A DNA stretch of 64,000 nucleotides, taken from Malacoraja senta (lineage: Eukaryota). Location of the stretch: contig CM075997.1 in NCBI GenBank assembly GCA_038087875.1, positions 4,714,001-4,778,000 on the forward strand, read 5' to 3'. Shown in pieces: positions 1 through 12,360 of this stretch. Under the pieces are notes generated by a model. That model worked only from the letters and a program-made list of their open reading frames with translations. It ran no database searches and was not told the DNA's origin. Position 1 is the first letter of the stretch. Each line of letters begins with the position of its first letter. The position numbers and the translations under genes are program-made.

Positions 1-18
1 CGATCAGAGAGGAGTTAC

Positions 19-312
19 AGAGTCATAGAGTGGTACAGTGTGGAAACAGGCCCTTCGGCCCAACTTCCCACACCGGCCAACATGTCCCAGCTACACTAGT
101 CCCACCTGCCACCATTTGGTCCATATCCCTCTAAACCAGTCCAATCCTTGTACCTGTCTAAATGTTTCTCAAATGTTGCGATAGTCCCAGCCTCAACTAC
201 CTCCTCCGGCAGCTCGTTCCATACACCCACCACCCTTTGTGTGTTAAAATGTACCCCTCAGGTTCCTATTAATTATTTCCCCCCATCACCTTAAACCTAT
301 GTCCTCTGGCCT
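19..312 (-). mobile_element. CR1/HER1-type LINE 3' fragment
   Basis: Reverse strand encodes FNRNLRG..TQRVVGVWNELPEEVVEAG, then a 3' UTR with the GGGCCGAAGGGCC hairpin and ctatgact tail; same family as 15055-15535. Confidence 0.85.
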
Positions 313-332
313 AATTCTACTCCTATTCCTTA

Positions 333-492
333 TGACCTGTGGGAACGTGGGAGGAAACCGGAGCACCCGGTAGAAAACCCACGCGGGTCATGGGGAGAAA
401 TAAAAAATCCGTGGAGACGGCACCCGTGGTCGGGATCGAACCCGGGTCTCTGGCGCTGTGATGCGGCAACTCTACCACTGTTCCACCGTGCC
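333..492 (-). mobile_element. V-SINE (HE1-like), head and V-domain only
   Basis: Reverse strand has A box (ggtggaacagtgg), B box (ggttcgatcc) and V-domain (ggtgctccggtttcctcccac). Confidence 0.8.
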
Positions 493-846
493 GCAGTTGG
501 GATTCTGCTACAGCGGGCAAAGTTCAAGGATGAAGTACTATTCTGGGCCGCTGATTTATTGCAGGGGCTGCTTGAGGTACATTTATAAGGTATCACTCCA
601 GGGAATTAGTAAGTAGGTCAGGCTTTGGGTTTTTGGCTTCAGTTTTGGGATATATTAACTTCATGTTCAACGAACTCATATACCATCGGTTATTAAAACA
701 AAATTAGTCAAACGCTGCATCAACGTGCGATTCTATAAAGCACAACGAAATTAAAATTAGCATGAATAAGAAGACATGGAGATTCAAAGTCACTTTAACT
801 CCACAGTTTATTTACAGGGCTGCACAGCAGTAGAGTTGCTGCCTTA

Positions 847-997
847 TAGCCCTGTCCCACGGTACGAGTTCATTCCAAGAGCTCTCCCGTGTTTAAAAAA
901 ACGTCGGAGCTCGGGGACGTCTCTTAGCACTAACGGCAGGTACTCGGGAAGACTCGTGAAAAATTTTCATCACGTTGAAAAATGTCCACGAGAGCCC
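847..997. mobile_element. Truncated Harbinger-type MITE inside a SINE head
   Basis: TTA followed by tagccctgtcccac; body matches the MITE at 42924-43239; right TIR missing. Confidence 0.7.
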
Positions 998-1330
998 CTG
1001 TGGAATGTACGTTCTCCCTGTGGGTTTTCTCCGAGACCTTCAGTTTCCTCCCACACTGCAAAGACGTACAGGTTTGTAGGTTAATTGGCTTGGTATAAAT
1101 GTAAAAATTGTCCCTAGTGGGTGTAGGATAGTGTTAGTGTGCGGGGATCGCTGGTCGGCGCTGACCCGGTGGGCCGAAGGGCCTGTTTCCGCGCTGTATC
1201 TCTAAACTATAAAAACTAAACTAAATTAAATACCATCCCTGGTCTATAACACTATTGTCAAGCTTTGACCAGTAGTGACATTAAGTCATAGAGTTATGCA
1301 GTGCAGAAACAGACTGGCACAATGGGACGT

Positions 1331-1640
1331 CACGGTGGCGCAGCGGTAGAGTTGCTGCCTCACAGCACCAGAGACCCAGGTTCCATCCTGACCATGGGTG
1401 CGGTCTGTACGGAGTTTGTACGTTCTCCCCGTGACTGCGTGAGTTTTCTCCGGGTGCTCCGGTTTCTTCCCACACTCCACGGACGTAAGGGGTTTATAGG
1501 TTAATTGGCTTTGGTAAATTGCAAATCTTCCTTGGTGTGCAGGATAATGCTAGTGTGCGGGGATCGCTGGCTGGCATGGACTCGTTGGGCCGAAAGGCCT
1601 GTATCTGCGCTGTATCTCTGAAGTCTAAAGTAAAGTCTAA
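1331..1640 (+). mobile_element. Full-length tRNA-derived V-SINE (HE1-like)
   Basis: A box ggtggcgcagcgg, B-box-like ggttccatcc, V-domain ggagtttgtacgttctccccgtg...tccggtttcttcccaca, LINE-derived 3' hairpin gggccgaaaggcct and short-repeat tail. About 30 copies in the window (e.g. 1820-2100, 10460-10755, 12875-13172, 21792-22163, 32765-33052, 33470-33771, 47072-47465, 52625-52922, 53385-53665, 58775-59022). Confidence 0.9.
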
Positions 1641-3044
1641 AGACCATTCGGCCCAACTCGTCCAAGATGCCCCATCTAAGCTCGTCCCATTTGCCTGCAT
1701 TTGGCCCATATCCCTCAAAACATTTCCTATTCCTGTATCTGTCCAAGTGTTTTTGAATGTTGCTGTTGTACCTGCCTCAGCTACATCCTTTAGCAGCTCC
1801 TCATTTTGAAGGTGTAGATTAGTTTAGTTCAGAGATAGTCTGTGAGTCCGCACCGACCAGCGATCCCCGCACACTAACACTATCCTACACACACTAGTGA
1901 CAATTTACAATTTTTACCGAAGCCAATTATCCTACATACCTGCACGTCTTTGGAGTGTGGGAGGAAACCGGAGATCCCGGATAAAACCCACGCAGGTCAC
2001 GGAGAGAACGTACAAACTCCGTACAGACAGCGCCCGTAGTCAGGATTGAACCCGGGTCTCTGGCGCCGTGAGGCAGCAACTCTACCGCTGCGCCAACATG
2101 ACACCCTTTTTTTGCGTAATATTCTGCAAGTCATTTCTAACAGTAAAGAAACATTAAAGGTAGGCACAAAATTCTGGAGAAACTCAGCGGGACAGGCAGC
2201 ATCTATGGAGAGAAGGAATGGGTGACGTTTCGGGTCGAGACCCTTCTTCAGAAACATTAAATGTTCCCCACGAGAGACTGGGAAAGTGTTTTTCCAGTGG
2301 GAGTTGAAATGTTTAGCCATAGTAAGTAGTGTTTTGAGTCGGTGATGGGCTGTGGAAGGAGCAGATTTTCAGTTTGGTTTAGTTAAGTTTTAGTTTAGGG
2401 ATACAGCACGGAAACAGCGGCCCTTCAGCCCACCGAGTCCACACTGGCCAGCGATCCCCGCACACCAAACGCTATCCTAAACACACTAGGGACAATTTAC
2501 ACTTACACCAAGCCAATTAACCTACAAACCTGCACGTCTTTGGAGCGTGGGAGAAAACCGAAGATCTCGGAGAAAACCCACGGAGAGAACGTACAATCTC
2601 CATACAGACAGCACCCGTAGTCGGGATCGAACCCGGGTCTCTTTAGCGTCTATCTTTGGTGTAAATCTGCACTTGCAGTTCTTTCTTACCCACTGCACAC
2701 ATTGCTGTCTCTTCACCAAGCAATGTTTTAGCAGCGACTATCGCAACGTTTAAGAAACATTTGGCCAGGTGCATGGATAGGTTTGGAGGGATATGGGCCA
2801 AACGCAGGCAGGTGGAACTTGTGTAGATGGGACATGGTGGGTTGGTGTGGGCAAGCTGGGCCGAAGGGCTTGTTTCCACACTGTATCACTATATGACTCT
2901 CTGACTATGATTCACTGAATGTTGGTCTCTGAACCCTATCTTCGCCAGAGGTACGTTTTGTTTCAGCAAACGCACGAAGCCTTGGGAATAGATGGGGTCA
3001 ATAAAGAGACACAGGACTAGATGGGTTTAATGTACAGAGCTGTG

Positions 3045-3252
3045 AGGTTCAGCACTGCTCTCTAGTTGGTATTGGGATGGTTCAGTTGCCTAATAACAGC
3101 TGGGAAGAAACTGTCCCTGAATCTGGAGGTGTGCGTTTTCACACTTCTGTGCCTCTTGCCCGATGGGAGAGGGGAGAAGAGGGGGTGGCCGGGGTGCGAC
3201 TGGTCCTTGATTATGCTGCTGGCCTTGCCAAGGCAGCGCGAGGTGTAGATGG
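3045..3252 (-). mobile_element. Rex1/Babar-type LINE ORF C-terminal fragment
   Basis: Reverse translation IYTSRCLGKASSIIKDQSHPGHPLFSPLPSGKRHRSVKTHTSRFRDSFFPAVIRQLN, the typical Rex1 C-terminus. Confidence 0.8.
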
Positions 3253-4244
3253 TAAATGCACAGAGCAGAAGATAGACACAAGAAGCTGGAGTAACTCAGC
3301 AGGTCAGGCAGCATCTCTGGAGAAAAGGAATAGGTCACGTTTCGAGTCGAGACCTTTCTTCAGACTGAGACCAAAGACCCAATACGTCATCTATTGCTTG
3401 TCTCCAGAGATGCTGCCTGACCCGCTGAGTTGCGCCAGCATTTTGTGTCTATCTTCGGAGTAAACCAGCATCTGCAGTTCTTTCCTACACTAAATGCACA
3501 GAGCCTCAGGAATAGGTGGAGTAAATACACAGAGACTCAGCATCCACTACACCCAGATATGCCTGACCCACTGAGTTCCTCCAGCACTTTGGGGGTTTTC
3601 CCTCAAGGTGCCAGAATCTGCAGTTCCTTGAGCCCCCATGACGTTATTGCTCGAAGTTGCTCGACGGATCAAAAGGTTTTGAATTCTTTCGAGCTGCAAG
3701 ACATAAGCTGAAAGAAACACTCGGGTAAAGCCTTACTCACTTTTTCCACCGTTAAAACTCTGCGCTGGCAATAAATATCAAACCCTGCAGAATTTTTTAA
3801 TATTTAGCTTGAAGAATTTCGCTGGTAGCCTTTGAACCACTCCCAGAGACCCCTGGACTAGACCAAAGGTATGTGGACATGCAGGACAGTGATGGGCAAG
3901 GCAGGAAGGAGGGTCAAAGCATGGACTGTTAGCAAACCTAGGAACAAAATTGAAGACGTTGCCAAATAAATAATTTGTAAAAGCATAAATTAGTCTGTAG
4001 TTGTAATTGTTACCCATTTTGAGTTCTCGACGCTAATGTTTCATGCATCCCTTGGGCTTTTTAGTTTAATGGTCGAACGTTTTTAAAAATGTTAATAAAA
4101 CCAAATGAAAAAAAACCCAACCTCAAACAAAAGCAGAAATCAAGGAAGTCCAGCGTCATGGATGGCAATTTTCCAGACTCCCTGCCCTCCATAGAGGCTC
4201 AGGACAGGCTTTCTTGCCCTAACATTACATCACGTACAAAATGG

Positions 4245-4775
4245 GTCATAAGGTCATAAGAGATAGGAGCAAAATTAGGCCATTCGGTCCATCAAGTCTA
4301 CTCCGCTATTCAATCATGGCTGATCTATCTTTCCATCCTAACCCCATTCTGCCTTCTCCCCATAACCCCTGACACTCGTACCAATCAAGATTCAGTCTAT
4401 CTCTGCCGTAAAAATATCCATTGACGGCCTCCACAATTAATTCCACAGATTCACCACCCTCTGACTAAAGAAATTCCTCCTCATCTCCATTCTAAAGGTA
4501 CGTCGTTTTATTCTGAGGCTGTGGCCTCTGGTCCTAGACTCTCCCACTAGTGGAAACATCCTCTCCACATCCACTCTATCCAAGCCTTTCACTATTCTAT
4601 GCGTTTCAATGAGGTCCCCCCCTCAACCTTCTAAACTCCAGCGAGTACAGGCCCAGTGCCGACAAACGCTCATCATAGGTTAACACACTCATTCCTGGGA
4701 TCATTCTTGTAAACCTCCTCTGGACCCTCTCCGGAGCCGGCACATCCTTCCTCAGATATGGGTCCCAACATTGCG
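4245..4775 (-). mobile_element. CR1 LINE 3' fragment (cttatga-tail subfamily)
   Basis: Reverse strand: RVQRRFTRMIPGMS..YDERLSALGLYSLEFRR..FFSQRVVNLWN, then 3' UTR. Confidence 0.88.
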
Positions 4776-5062
4776 CAAAAGAAGACTTCCCTGGTCCTCC
4801 AGCTCTCCCTCAGTCCACCGCTCGTACACTTCCATTGTTTGATCGGCCATGGGCGTCGGTATTTATTGCCCACCCTGAACTGCCTCTTCGGAGGTGGAGG
4901 TGACTTGCCTGTGGCCTATTGAGCAGCCTCAGCACCAGTGTGTAACGTCACCCATCCATGTTCCCCAGAGATGCTGCCTGACCCGCTGAGTTACTCCAGC
5001 GCTCTGTGTCTGCCTCAGAGCCAACACAGCTCTACTGTCAACATGGTTTAGTTTAGGCAAGA

Positions 5063-5510
5063 AGGATAAGGGGTAAGCCATTTAGAACGGAGATGTGGAA
5101 ACACTTTTTCACACAGAGAGTGGTGAGTCTGTGGAATTCTCTGCCTCAGAGGGCGGTGGAGGCAGGTTCTCTGGATGCTTTCAAGAGAGAGCTAGATAGG
5201 GCTCTTCTTCTTCTTCTTCTTTCATGTGGCGTGCACAGCCTAAAGTTGTAGGACAACTTGTTCTATTTGATCTTCTGTTTGTGCACGTCAAAATGATTGC
5301 ATTAGTCGAAACAGGGCAGACCACGTGAAGGTTGCAATCTTCCACCCCATAGAGCTCTTAAAGATAGCAGAGTCAGGGGATATGGGGAGAGGGCAGGAAC
5401 GGGGTACTGATTGTGGATGATCAGCCATGATCACATTGAATGGCAATGCTGACTCGAAGGGCTGAAGGGCCGAATGGCCTACTACTGCACCTATTGTCTA
5501 TTGTCTATTG
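5063..5510 (+). mobile_element. CR1 LINE 3' end (ctattgt tail) interrupted by a short retroposon
   Basis: RGKPFRTE..FFTQRVVSLWNSLPQRAVEAG, then 3' UTR and (ctattgt)n tail. Confidence 0.88.
5207..5348 (-). mobile_element. ~140-bp non-autonomous retroposon with (GAA)n tail, RTE-like
   Basis: Flanked by atagggctctt/atagagctctt TSD; second copy at 12223-12360. Confidence 0.75.
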
Positions 5511-5631
5511 AGTCTGGACATTTTCCATCCATGCCAATGGAATTCTTTAGATTTCTGCCTCTGTTTGAGGTTGGGTTTTTTTTTCACTTGGTTGTATTAA
5601 CATTCGGAAAACTTTCGACCATTAAACAAAA

Positions 5632-5941
5632 CTAGTTTAGTTTAGTTTAGAGATACAGCGCGGAAACAGGCCCTTCGGCCCACCGGGTCAGTGCCGACCA
5701 GCGATCCCCGCACACTAACACTATCCTACACACGCTAGGGATAATTTACATTTATACCGAGCCAATTAACCCACAAACCTGCACGTCTTTGGAGTGTGGG
5801 AGGAAACCGAAGAACTCGGAATAAACCCACGCAGGTCATGGCGAGAACATACAAACTCCGTACAGACAGCACCCGTAGTCGGGATCGAACCTGGGTCTCT
5901 GGTGCTGTGAGGCAGCAACTCTACCGCTGCGCCACCGTGCC
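5632..5941 (-). mobile_element. Full-length V-SINE
   Basis: Reverse complement of the 1331-1640 consensus with (taaac)n tail. Confidence 0.9.
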
Positions 5942-6734
5942 GTGGGTTTTCTCTGTACGCCAAGATTTGCTCCCCTGAGGATCTTGAGTGAACCAGCTTG
6001 TATTTTCACCAAACCAAGTCTTTGTGATCACCCTTACCAAGTCAGAGTGCTTCCCGTTAATTTACTGAATTCAAATTCCACTGATGCTGAGGTGGGATTT
6101 GAACTATCTCTGGGGTTCTGGGTCACTAACTTAACGAATGAATGAATACTTTATTGTCATTATAACATGTAAACATGTACAACGAAATTAGAAATGCCAA
6201 CTAGTCAGTGCACACATTTTCTTAGAGCAAAAGTCTAAGATAAACAACTAAAATAAATAACATGAAAAAAACCACATTCTTCTGTCGATTTCCCAGTCCC
6301 TTTGGTGTGTAGCACACCTGTACTCATTTGGTGGCTACATTACGTGTATTTATTGCTGTGGGATAAAAACTGTTTATTGCTGTGGGATAAAAACCACTAT
6401 GCGAGCAGCAAATGAACATTGCATTCGCCAATTTTTGGGAACTAATCCACAAATTCCTTCCTTCCATCCATCCATCTATCTATCCATCCATCCAGCTATC
6501 TATTTAAGAAGGAACTGCAGATGCTGGAATCGTAGATTTGGAGGGAAGGGGGAAGCATAGAGGATCGTAGTTGGAGGGCTTCTTAAACACTTTGTCTACT
6601 CCACTGCGAAATCTCCTCAAGGTATGCCTACTTTGAAGAAGTTCTCCTCCTCCCTCCGAAGACAGTTTTACAACCTCCTCTCTGACTGCCCCCCCTCTGT
6701 GATTCCCCCTTCCCTCCAACTCTACGATTCCAGC

Positions 6735-7330
<596 letters not shown>

Positions 7331-7606
7331 ATCTATGAGTATCATTACACATGGGGAATGGACTCTGGCTGGCGGTGACGTGATTTACAGTGGCACTATT
7401 GTTCCCGTGTCCAATGTCAGACTGGCCCGTGACCACTGACAACACCAAGACAAGCGGTCTCGACAAGGAGCCTAGTTTATTGAGGCTGCGTGGGACAGCA
7501 CCAGGCTGACGGATGAGTTACAATAACCTTCCCTTACGGAGATCCACTGCAGACTGAGAGGATGTCACGAACTGTCTGGAAGGGAGTCAATGGATGGTAA
7601 CTTTAG

Positions 7607-8285
7607 ATAGACACAAAATGCCGGAGTAACTCAGCGGGACAGGCAGCATCTCTGGAGAGAAGGAATGGGTGACGTTTCGGGTCGAGACCGTCCTTCGGAC
7701 TGTGAGTCCGGGGAGAAGTAGACATTGAGATATGGAAGGGTAAGGTGTGAAAATACTTAGATCAAAAGGGACGATGGTCAAGGAAATGTAGAATGGTTCA
7801 TTGTTAGCTGGGGGGAAGGTGACAACGAGGTATACAGACAGTAAAATATAATCAGGAGGACAGTGAAACTAGTCTGAGAACTGGGAAGGGGGAGGGATGG
7901 AGAGGTTATGGGGAGAAGGCAGGAGAATGGGGTTAGGAGGGAGAGATAGATCAGCCATGATTGAATGGCGGAGTAGACTTAATGGGCAGAATGGCCTCAT
8001 TCTGCTCCTATCCCTTATGCGAAAGAGGGAAAGCAACAGTTTCTTGAAGTTAGAGAAATCAATGTTCATACCGCTGGGGTGTAAGCTGCCCAAACAAAAT
8101 ATGAGGTGCTGTTCCTCCAATTTGCGCTGGGCCTCACTCTGACAATGGAGGAGGCCCAGGACAGAAATATCAGATTGGGAATGGGAGGGGGAGTTAATGT
8201 GTTTGGCAACCGGGAGATCAGGTAGGTTTAGGCGGACTGAGCGGAGGTGTTCAGCGAAACGATCGGCGAGCCTGCACTTGGTATA
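7607..8285 (-). mobile_element. Penelope-like element 3' portion (GIY-YIG C-terminus and terminal repeat), with a nested CR1 3' piece
   Basis: Reverse ORF DRFAEHLRSV..LEEQHLIFCLGSLHPSGMNIDFSNFK; flanked by the 18-bp direct repeat aatggatggtaactttag. Confidence 0.85.
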
Positions 8286-8729
8286 AATGGATGGTAACTT
8301 TAGCCGGGGACTGACTAGTAATGATCACACTTGATCGGTGTCGGCTCAGGGCTATTTACACCGTGACAACCTGACAAACAATGATCTACACACTGATCAC
8401 TGGCTCATTACGTGCCATCCATTACAGGGGTGGCTCAGGTACCAATGAGCAACACACACACACTTAACTAAATAAGACACAAAGTGCTGGAGGAACTCAA
8501 AAGGTCAGGCAGCATCTCTGGGGCGCATAGTTCTCCACAGATGCTGCCTGACCCACTGAGTTATTCCAGTCATTTTTTGGAGAACCGGCATACGTTCATA
8601 AGTCTGAACAAGGGTCTCGACCCAAAACGTCACCTATTCCTTCACTCCATAGATGCTGCCTCACCCGCTGAGTTTCTCCAGCATTTTTATCTACCTTTGA
8701 TTTTTCCAGCATCTGCAGTTCCTTCTTAA

Positions 8730-9665
8730 ACATAAGTTCATAAGTGATAAGTCTACTCCGCCATTCAATCATGGCTGATCTACCTTTCCCTGTCAACCCC
8801 ATTCTCCTGCCTTCTCCCCATTACCCCTGACACCCGTACTAATCAAGAGCCTATCTATCTCTGCCTTAAAAATATCCATTGACGGCCTGCACAGCCTAAA
8901 GGGCCTGTCGCACGAGCATGCGACTGCACGCGGCAAGCGCAACCTAACATGGTCGCTTGAGCCGTACGGCCTCGCGGGGCCGGTCCCAATTCGATCGGCA
9001 GAGCCGTATGGAGTTGTCCGGAGCTGGTCCCCGACATCGCGCGGGGCTCCGAAAAACTGACACTGTTCAAAAATTCCGCGCGGCAACGGCCTGTCGGCCC
9101 GCAGCCGCCTCGACGCCGTACGCAGCATCTTGACGCCGTACGTCACGCGCGAACTTCCCGTGGACTTCGCTCGAACTTCACGTCACTCACTCGACCTCCG
9201 CGCGGCCCCCGCTTCCGGTTTGGTCGCACTCGCCGCATGCAGTCGCATGCTCGTGGGACAGGCCCTTTATGTGGCAAAGAATTCCACAGATTCACCACCC
9301 TCTGACTAAAGAAATTCCTCCTCATCTCCTTCCTAAAGGAACAACCTTTTATTCTGAGGCTGTGACCTCTAGTCCTAGACTCTCCCACTGGTGGAAACAT
9401 CCTCTCCACATTCACTCTATCCAGGCCTTTCACTATTCTGTACGTTTCAATGAGGTCCCCCCCTCATTCTTCTAAACTCCAGCGAGTACAGGCCCAGTGC
9501 CATCAAACGCTCATCATAGGTGAACCCACTCATTCCTGGGATCATTCTTGTAAACCTCCTCTGGACCCTCTCCAGAGCCAGCACATCCTTCCTCAGATAT
9601 GGGGCCTAAAAATACCCCAAATGAGGCCTGACCAGCAACTTATCGAGTTTCAGCATTACATCCCT
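8730..9665 (-). mobile_element. CR1 LINE 3' fragment split by a MITE
   Basis: ORF 9143..9433 (KGLDRVNVERMFPPVGESRTRGHSLRIKG..FFSQRVVNLWNSLP) and LVRPHL motif. Confidence 0.85.
8900..9266. mobile_element. PIF/Harbinger-type MITE (family 1)
   Basis: ~26-bp TIRs agggcctgtcgcacgagcatgcgact / agtcgcatgctcgtgggacaggccct; TAA/TTA flanks; inverted relative of 27219-27604. Confidence 0.85.
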
Positions 9666-10154
9666 GTTTTTTGTGTGTTCTAACTCTCTCAAAATAATGG
9701 CTGGCATTGCATTTGCTTCTGCAGTTACCTGTGCTTCCATTTGACTCCTCCACTGTAAAATCTCCTCAAGGTATGCCAACTTTGAAAAAACTCTCCTCCT
9801 CTCTCTGACAGGAGTTCTGTGAGACCCTCTGTCACTGCTCCCCCCTATACACCTCACCAGGTCACCAGGATTTGTCCTGCCCCCACCTCTCTTCCTGCTT
9901 CCCCCCCTCCCCTCCCCCCCACCACCACAATCAGTCTGAAGAAGGGTCCCAACCCAAAGCGTCACCTATTCATGTTCTTCAAAGATGCTGCCTGACCCAC
10001 AGACCCACTCCAGCAATTTGTCACTTTTTCCGCAAACCAGCATCTCCAGTTCCTTAGGTTTCCATGAGAGAGGCTAAACACAAATTGGAGGAACAGCATC
10101 TCATATTTCGCTTGGGCAGCTTACAGCCCAGTGGTATGAATATTGATTTCTCTC

Positions 10155-10354
10155 NNNNNNNNNNNNNNNNNNNNNNNNNNNNNNNNNNNNNNNNNNNNNN
10201 NNNNNNNNNNNNNNNNNNNNNNNNNNNNNNNNNNNNNNNNNNNNNNNNNNNNNNNNNNNNNNNNNNNNNNNNNNNNNNNNNNNNNNNNNNNNNNNNNNNN
10301 NNNNNNNNNNNNNNNNNNNNNNNNNNNNNNNNNNNNNNNNNNNNNNNNNNNNNN
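10155..10354. other. Assembly gap (200 N)
   Basis: Run of N. Confidence 1.
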
Positions 10355-11589
10355 GGTATATCACCCCAACAACCAGTCCAAAGTTGGTTTAATGTCCACT
10401 GTGATTCCCTCTGTAAATTGCCCCTAGTGTGTGGGGAGTGGATACGAAAGTCAGATGTAGTTTTAGTTTAGAGATACAGCGCAGAAACAGGCCCTTCGGC
10501 CCACTGAGTCCGCGCCGACCAGCGATCCCCGCACACTAACACTATCCTACACACACTAAGGGCAATTTGATTTTATACCAAGCCAATTAACCTACAAACC
10601 TGTACGTGTTTGGAGTGTGGGAGGAAACCGAAGATCTGGGAGAAAACCCACGCAGGTCACGGGGAGAACGTGCAAACACCGTACAGACAGCACCCGTAGT
10701 CAGGATCTCTGACGCTGTGAGGAAGGAAATCTGCCTCTTCGCTAACCGTGCTGCCCCTAACATAGAACTAGGGTGAACAGGTTATGATTGGTCGGTGTGG
10801 ACTTGGTGGACCCAAGGGCCTTCATAGGTTTCCATTCACAAGTTCTAGGAGCAGAATGAGGCCATTCGGCCCATCAAGTCTACCCCGCCATTAGATCATG
10901 CCTGATCTATCTTTCCCTTTCAACCCCATTCTCCTGTCTTCTCCCCATAACCCCTGACACCCGTACTAAGCAAGAATCTATCTATCTCTGCCTTAAAATA
11001 TCCACTGACTTGGCCTCCACAGCCCTCTGTGGCAATGAGTTCCACAGATTCACTAAAGAGATTCCTCCTCATCTCTTTTTTAAAGGTACGTCATTTTATT
11101 CTGAGGCTGTGGATTCTGGTCCTAGACTCTCCCACTAGTGGAAACATCCTCCCCACATCCGCTCTATCCAAGACTTTCACTGTTCGGTAAGTGAATAGTG
11201 AAAGTCTATTCACTATTCACGCTGTATGTGAATAGTGAATAGTGAATAGACTATTGCTGTATCTGTATCTCTGAACTAAACTGGTGGATGAAACATAGAA
11301 ATATAGAAACATAGAATATCTATGCAGGAGGAGGCCATTCGGCCCTTTGATCCATTCATTGTGATCGTGGCTGATCGTCCCCAATCAATAACCCGTGCCT
11401 GCCTTTTCCCCATATCTCTTGATTCCACTAGCCCCTAGAGCTCTATCTAACTGTCTCTTAAATCCATCCAGTGATTTGGCCTCCACTGCCCTCTGTGGCA
11501 GGGAATTCCACAAATTCACAACTCTCTGGGTGAAAACGTTTTTTCTCACCTCTCACGTCTTGGGCCATTTCATTCATAAAGAGTGTGGC

Positions 11590-11830
11590 CTCAGTACCGA
11601 TGCTGGGAACTCCTCTTTACACTTCCCTGCAGTCTGATAAACCATCTTTCATCACTGCTCTCCAGTTCCTGTACCTGAGCCAACTTTCCTCCCATTTTAT
11701 TCCACAGAAGTTAATCTTGATGACAAGCCTGTTATGTGGCACCTTATCAAATATCTTTTGGAAGTCCACACATACCACATCAGTTTCATTTCCCTGACTA
11801 ATCCCCTCTGTTGCTTGATCAAAGCACCTC
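11590..11830 (-). mobile_element. Old CR1 reverse-transcriptase fragment
   Basis: DVVCVDFQKIFDKVPHNRLVIK, a decayed DVVYLDFQKAFDKVPH motif. Confidence 0.75.
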
Positions 11831-11909
11831 GATCCAGTTACTTGGACAAAATGACACAATGCAAACTACCAGCAATTTGGTCCCAAACACTTGTAGATTC
11901 AAACCGAAT

Positions 11910-12152
11910 ACAGACACAACATGCTGGAGTAACTCAGCGGGACAGGCAGCACCTCCGGAGAGAAGGAATGGGTGATGTTTCGGGTCGAGGCCCTTCTTCA
12001 GACTGAGAGTCAGGGGAGAGCGAAATTAAAGATGTAAAGATGATTCAGACTTCAGTCTGAAGAAGGGTCCCGACCCGAGAGGTCACCCATTCCTTCTCTC
12101 CAGAGATGCTGCCTGTCCCGCTGAGTTACTCCAGCTTTTTGTGTCTGTCTTC
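11910..12152. mobile_element. Head-to-head inverted pair of PLE terminal repeats
   Basis: gctggagtaactcagcgggacaggcagc...cttcagact and its reverse complement ~50 bp downstream. Confidence 0.85.
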
Positions 12153-12222
12153 AGAAGGCTGTGGGGGCCAAGTCAGTAGATATTTTTAAGGCAGAGATAG
12201 ATAGCTTCTTGATTAGTATGGG

Positions 12223-12360
12223 AGGGGTGGAAGATAGCAATCTTCACGTGGGCCACCCTGTTTCGACTAATGCAATCAACTCGACGTGCACAAACGGAAG
12301 ATCAAATAGAACAAGTTGTCCTGCAACTTTAGGCTGTGCACGCCACACGAAAGAAATATA
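12223..12360 (+). mobile_element. ~140-bp RTE-like non-autonomous retroposon, copy 2
   Basis: Reverse complement of 5207-5348; TSD gattagtatggg/gattagtacggg. Confidence 0.75.

Noticed and set aside
1331..1400. tRNA gene
   Set aside because: A/B boxes continue into the V-domain and LINE tail in about 30 copies; these are SINE heads, with no complete cloverleaf or poly-T terminator.
10064..10471. ORFs spanning N runs (also 56190-56613)
   Set aside because: Artefacts of assembly gaps.
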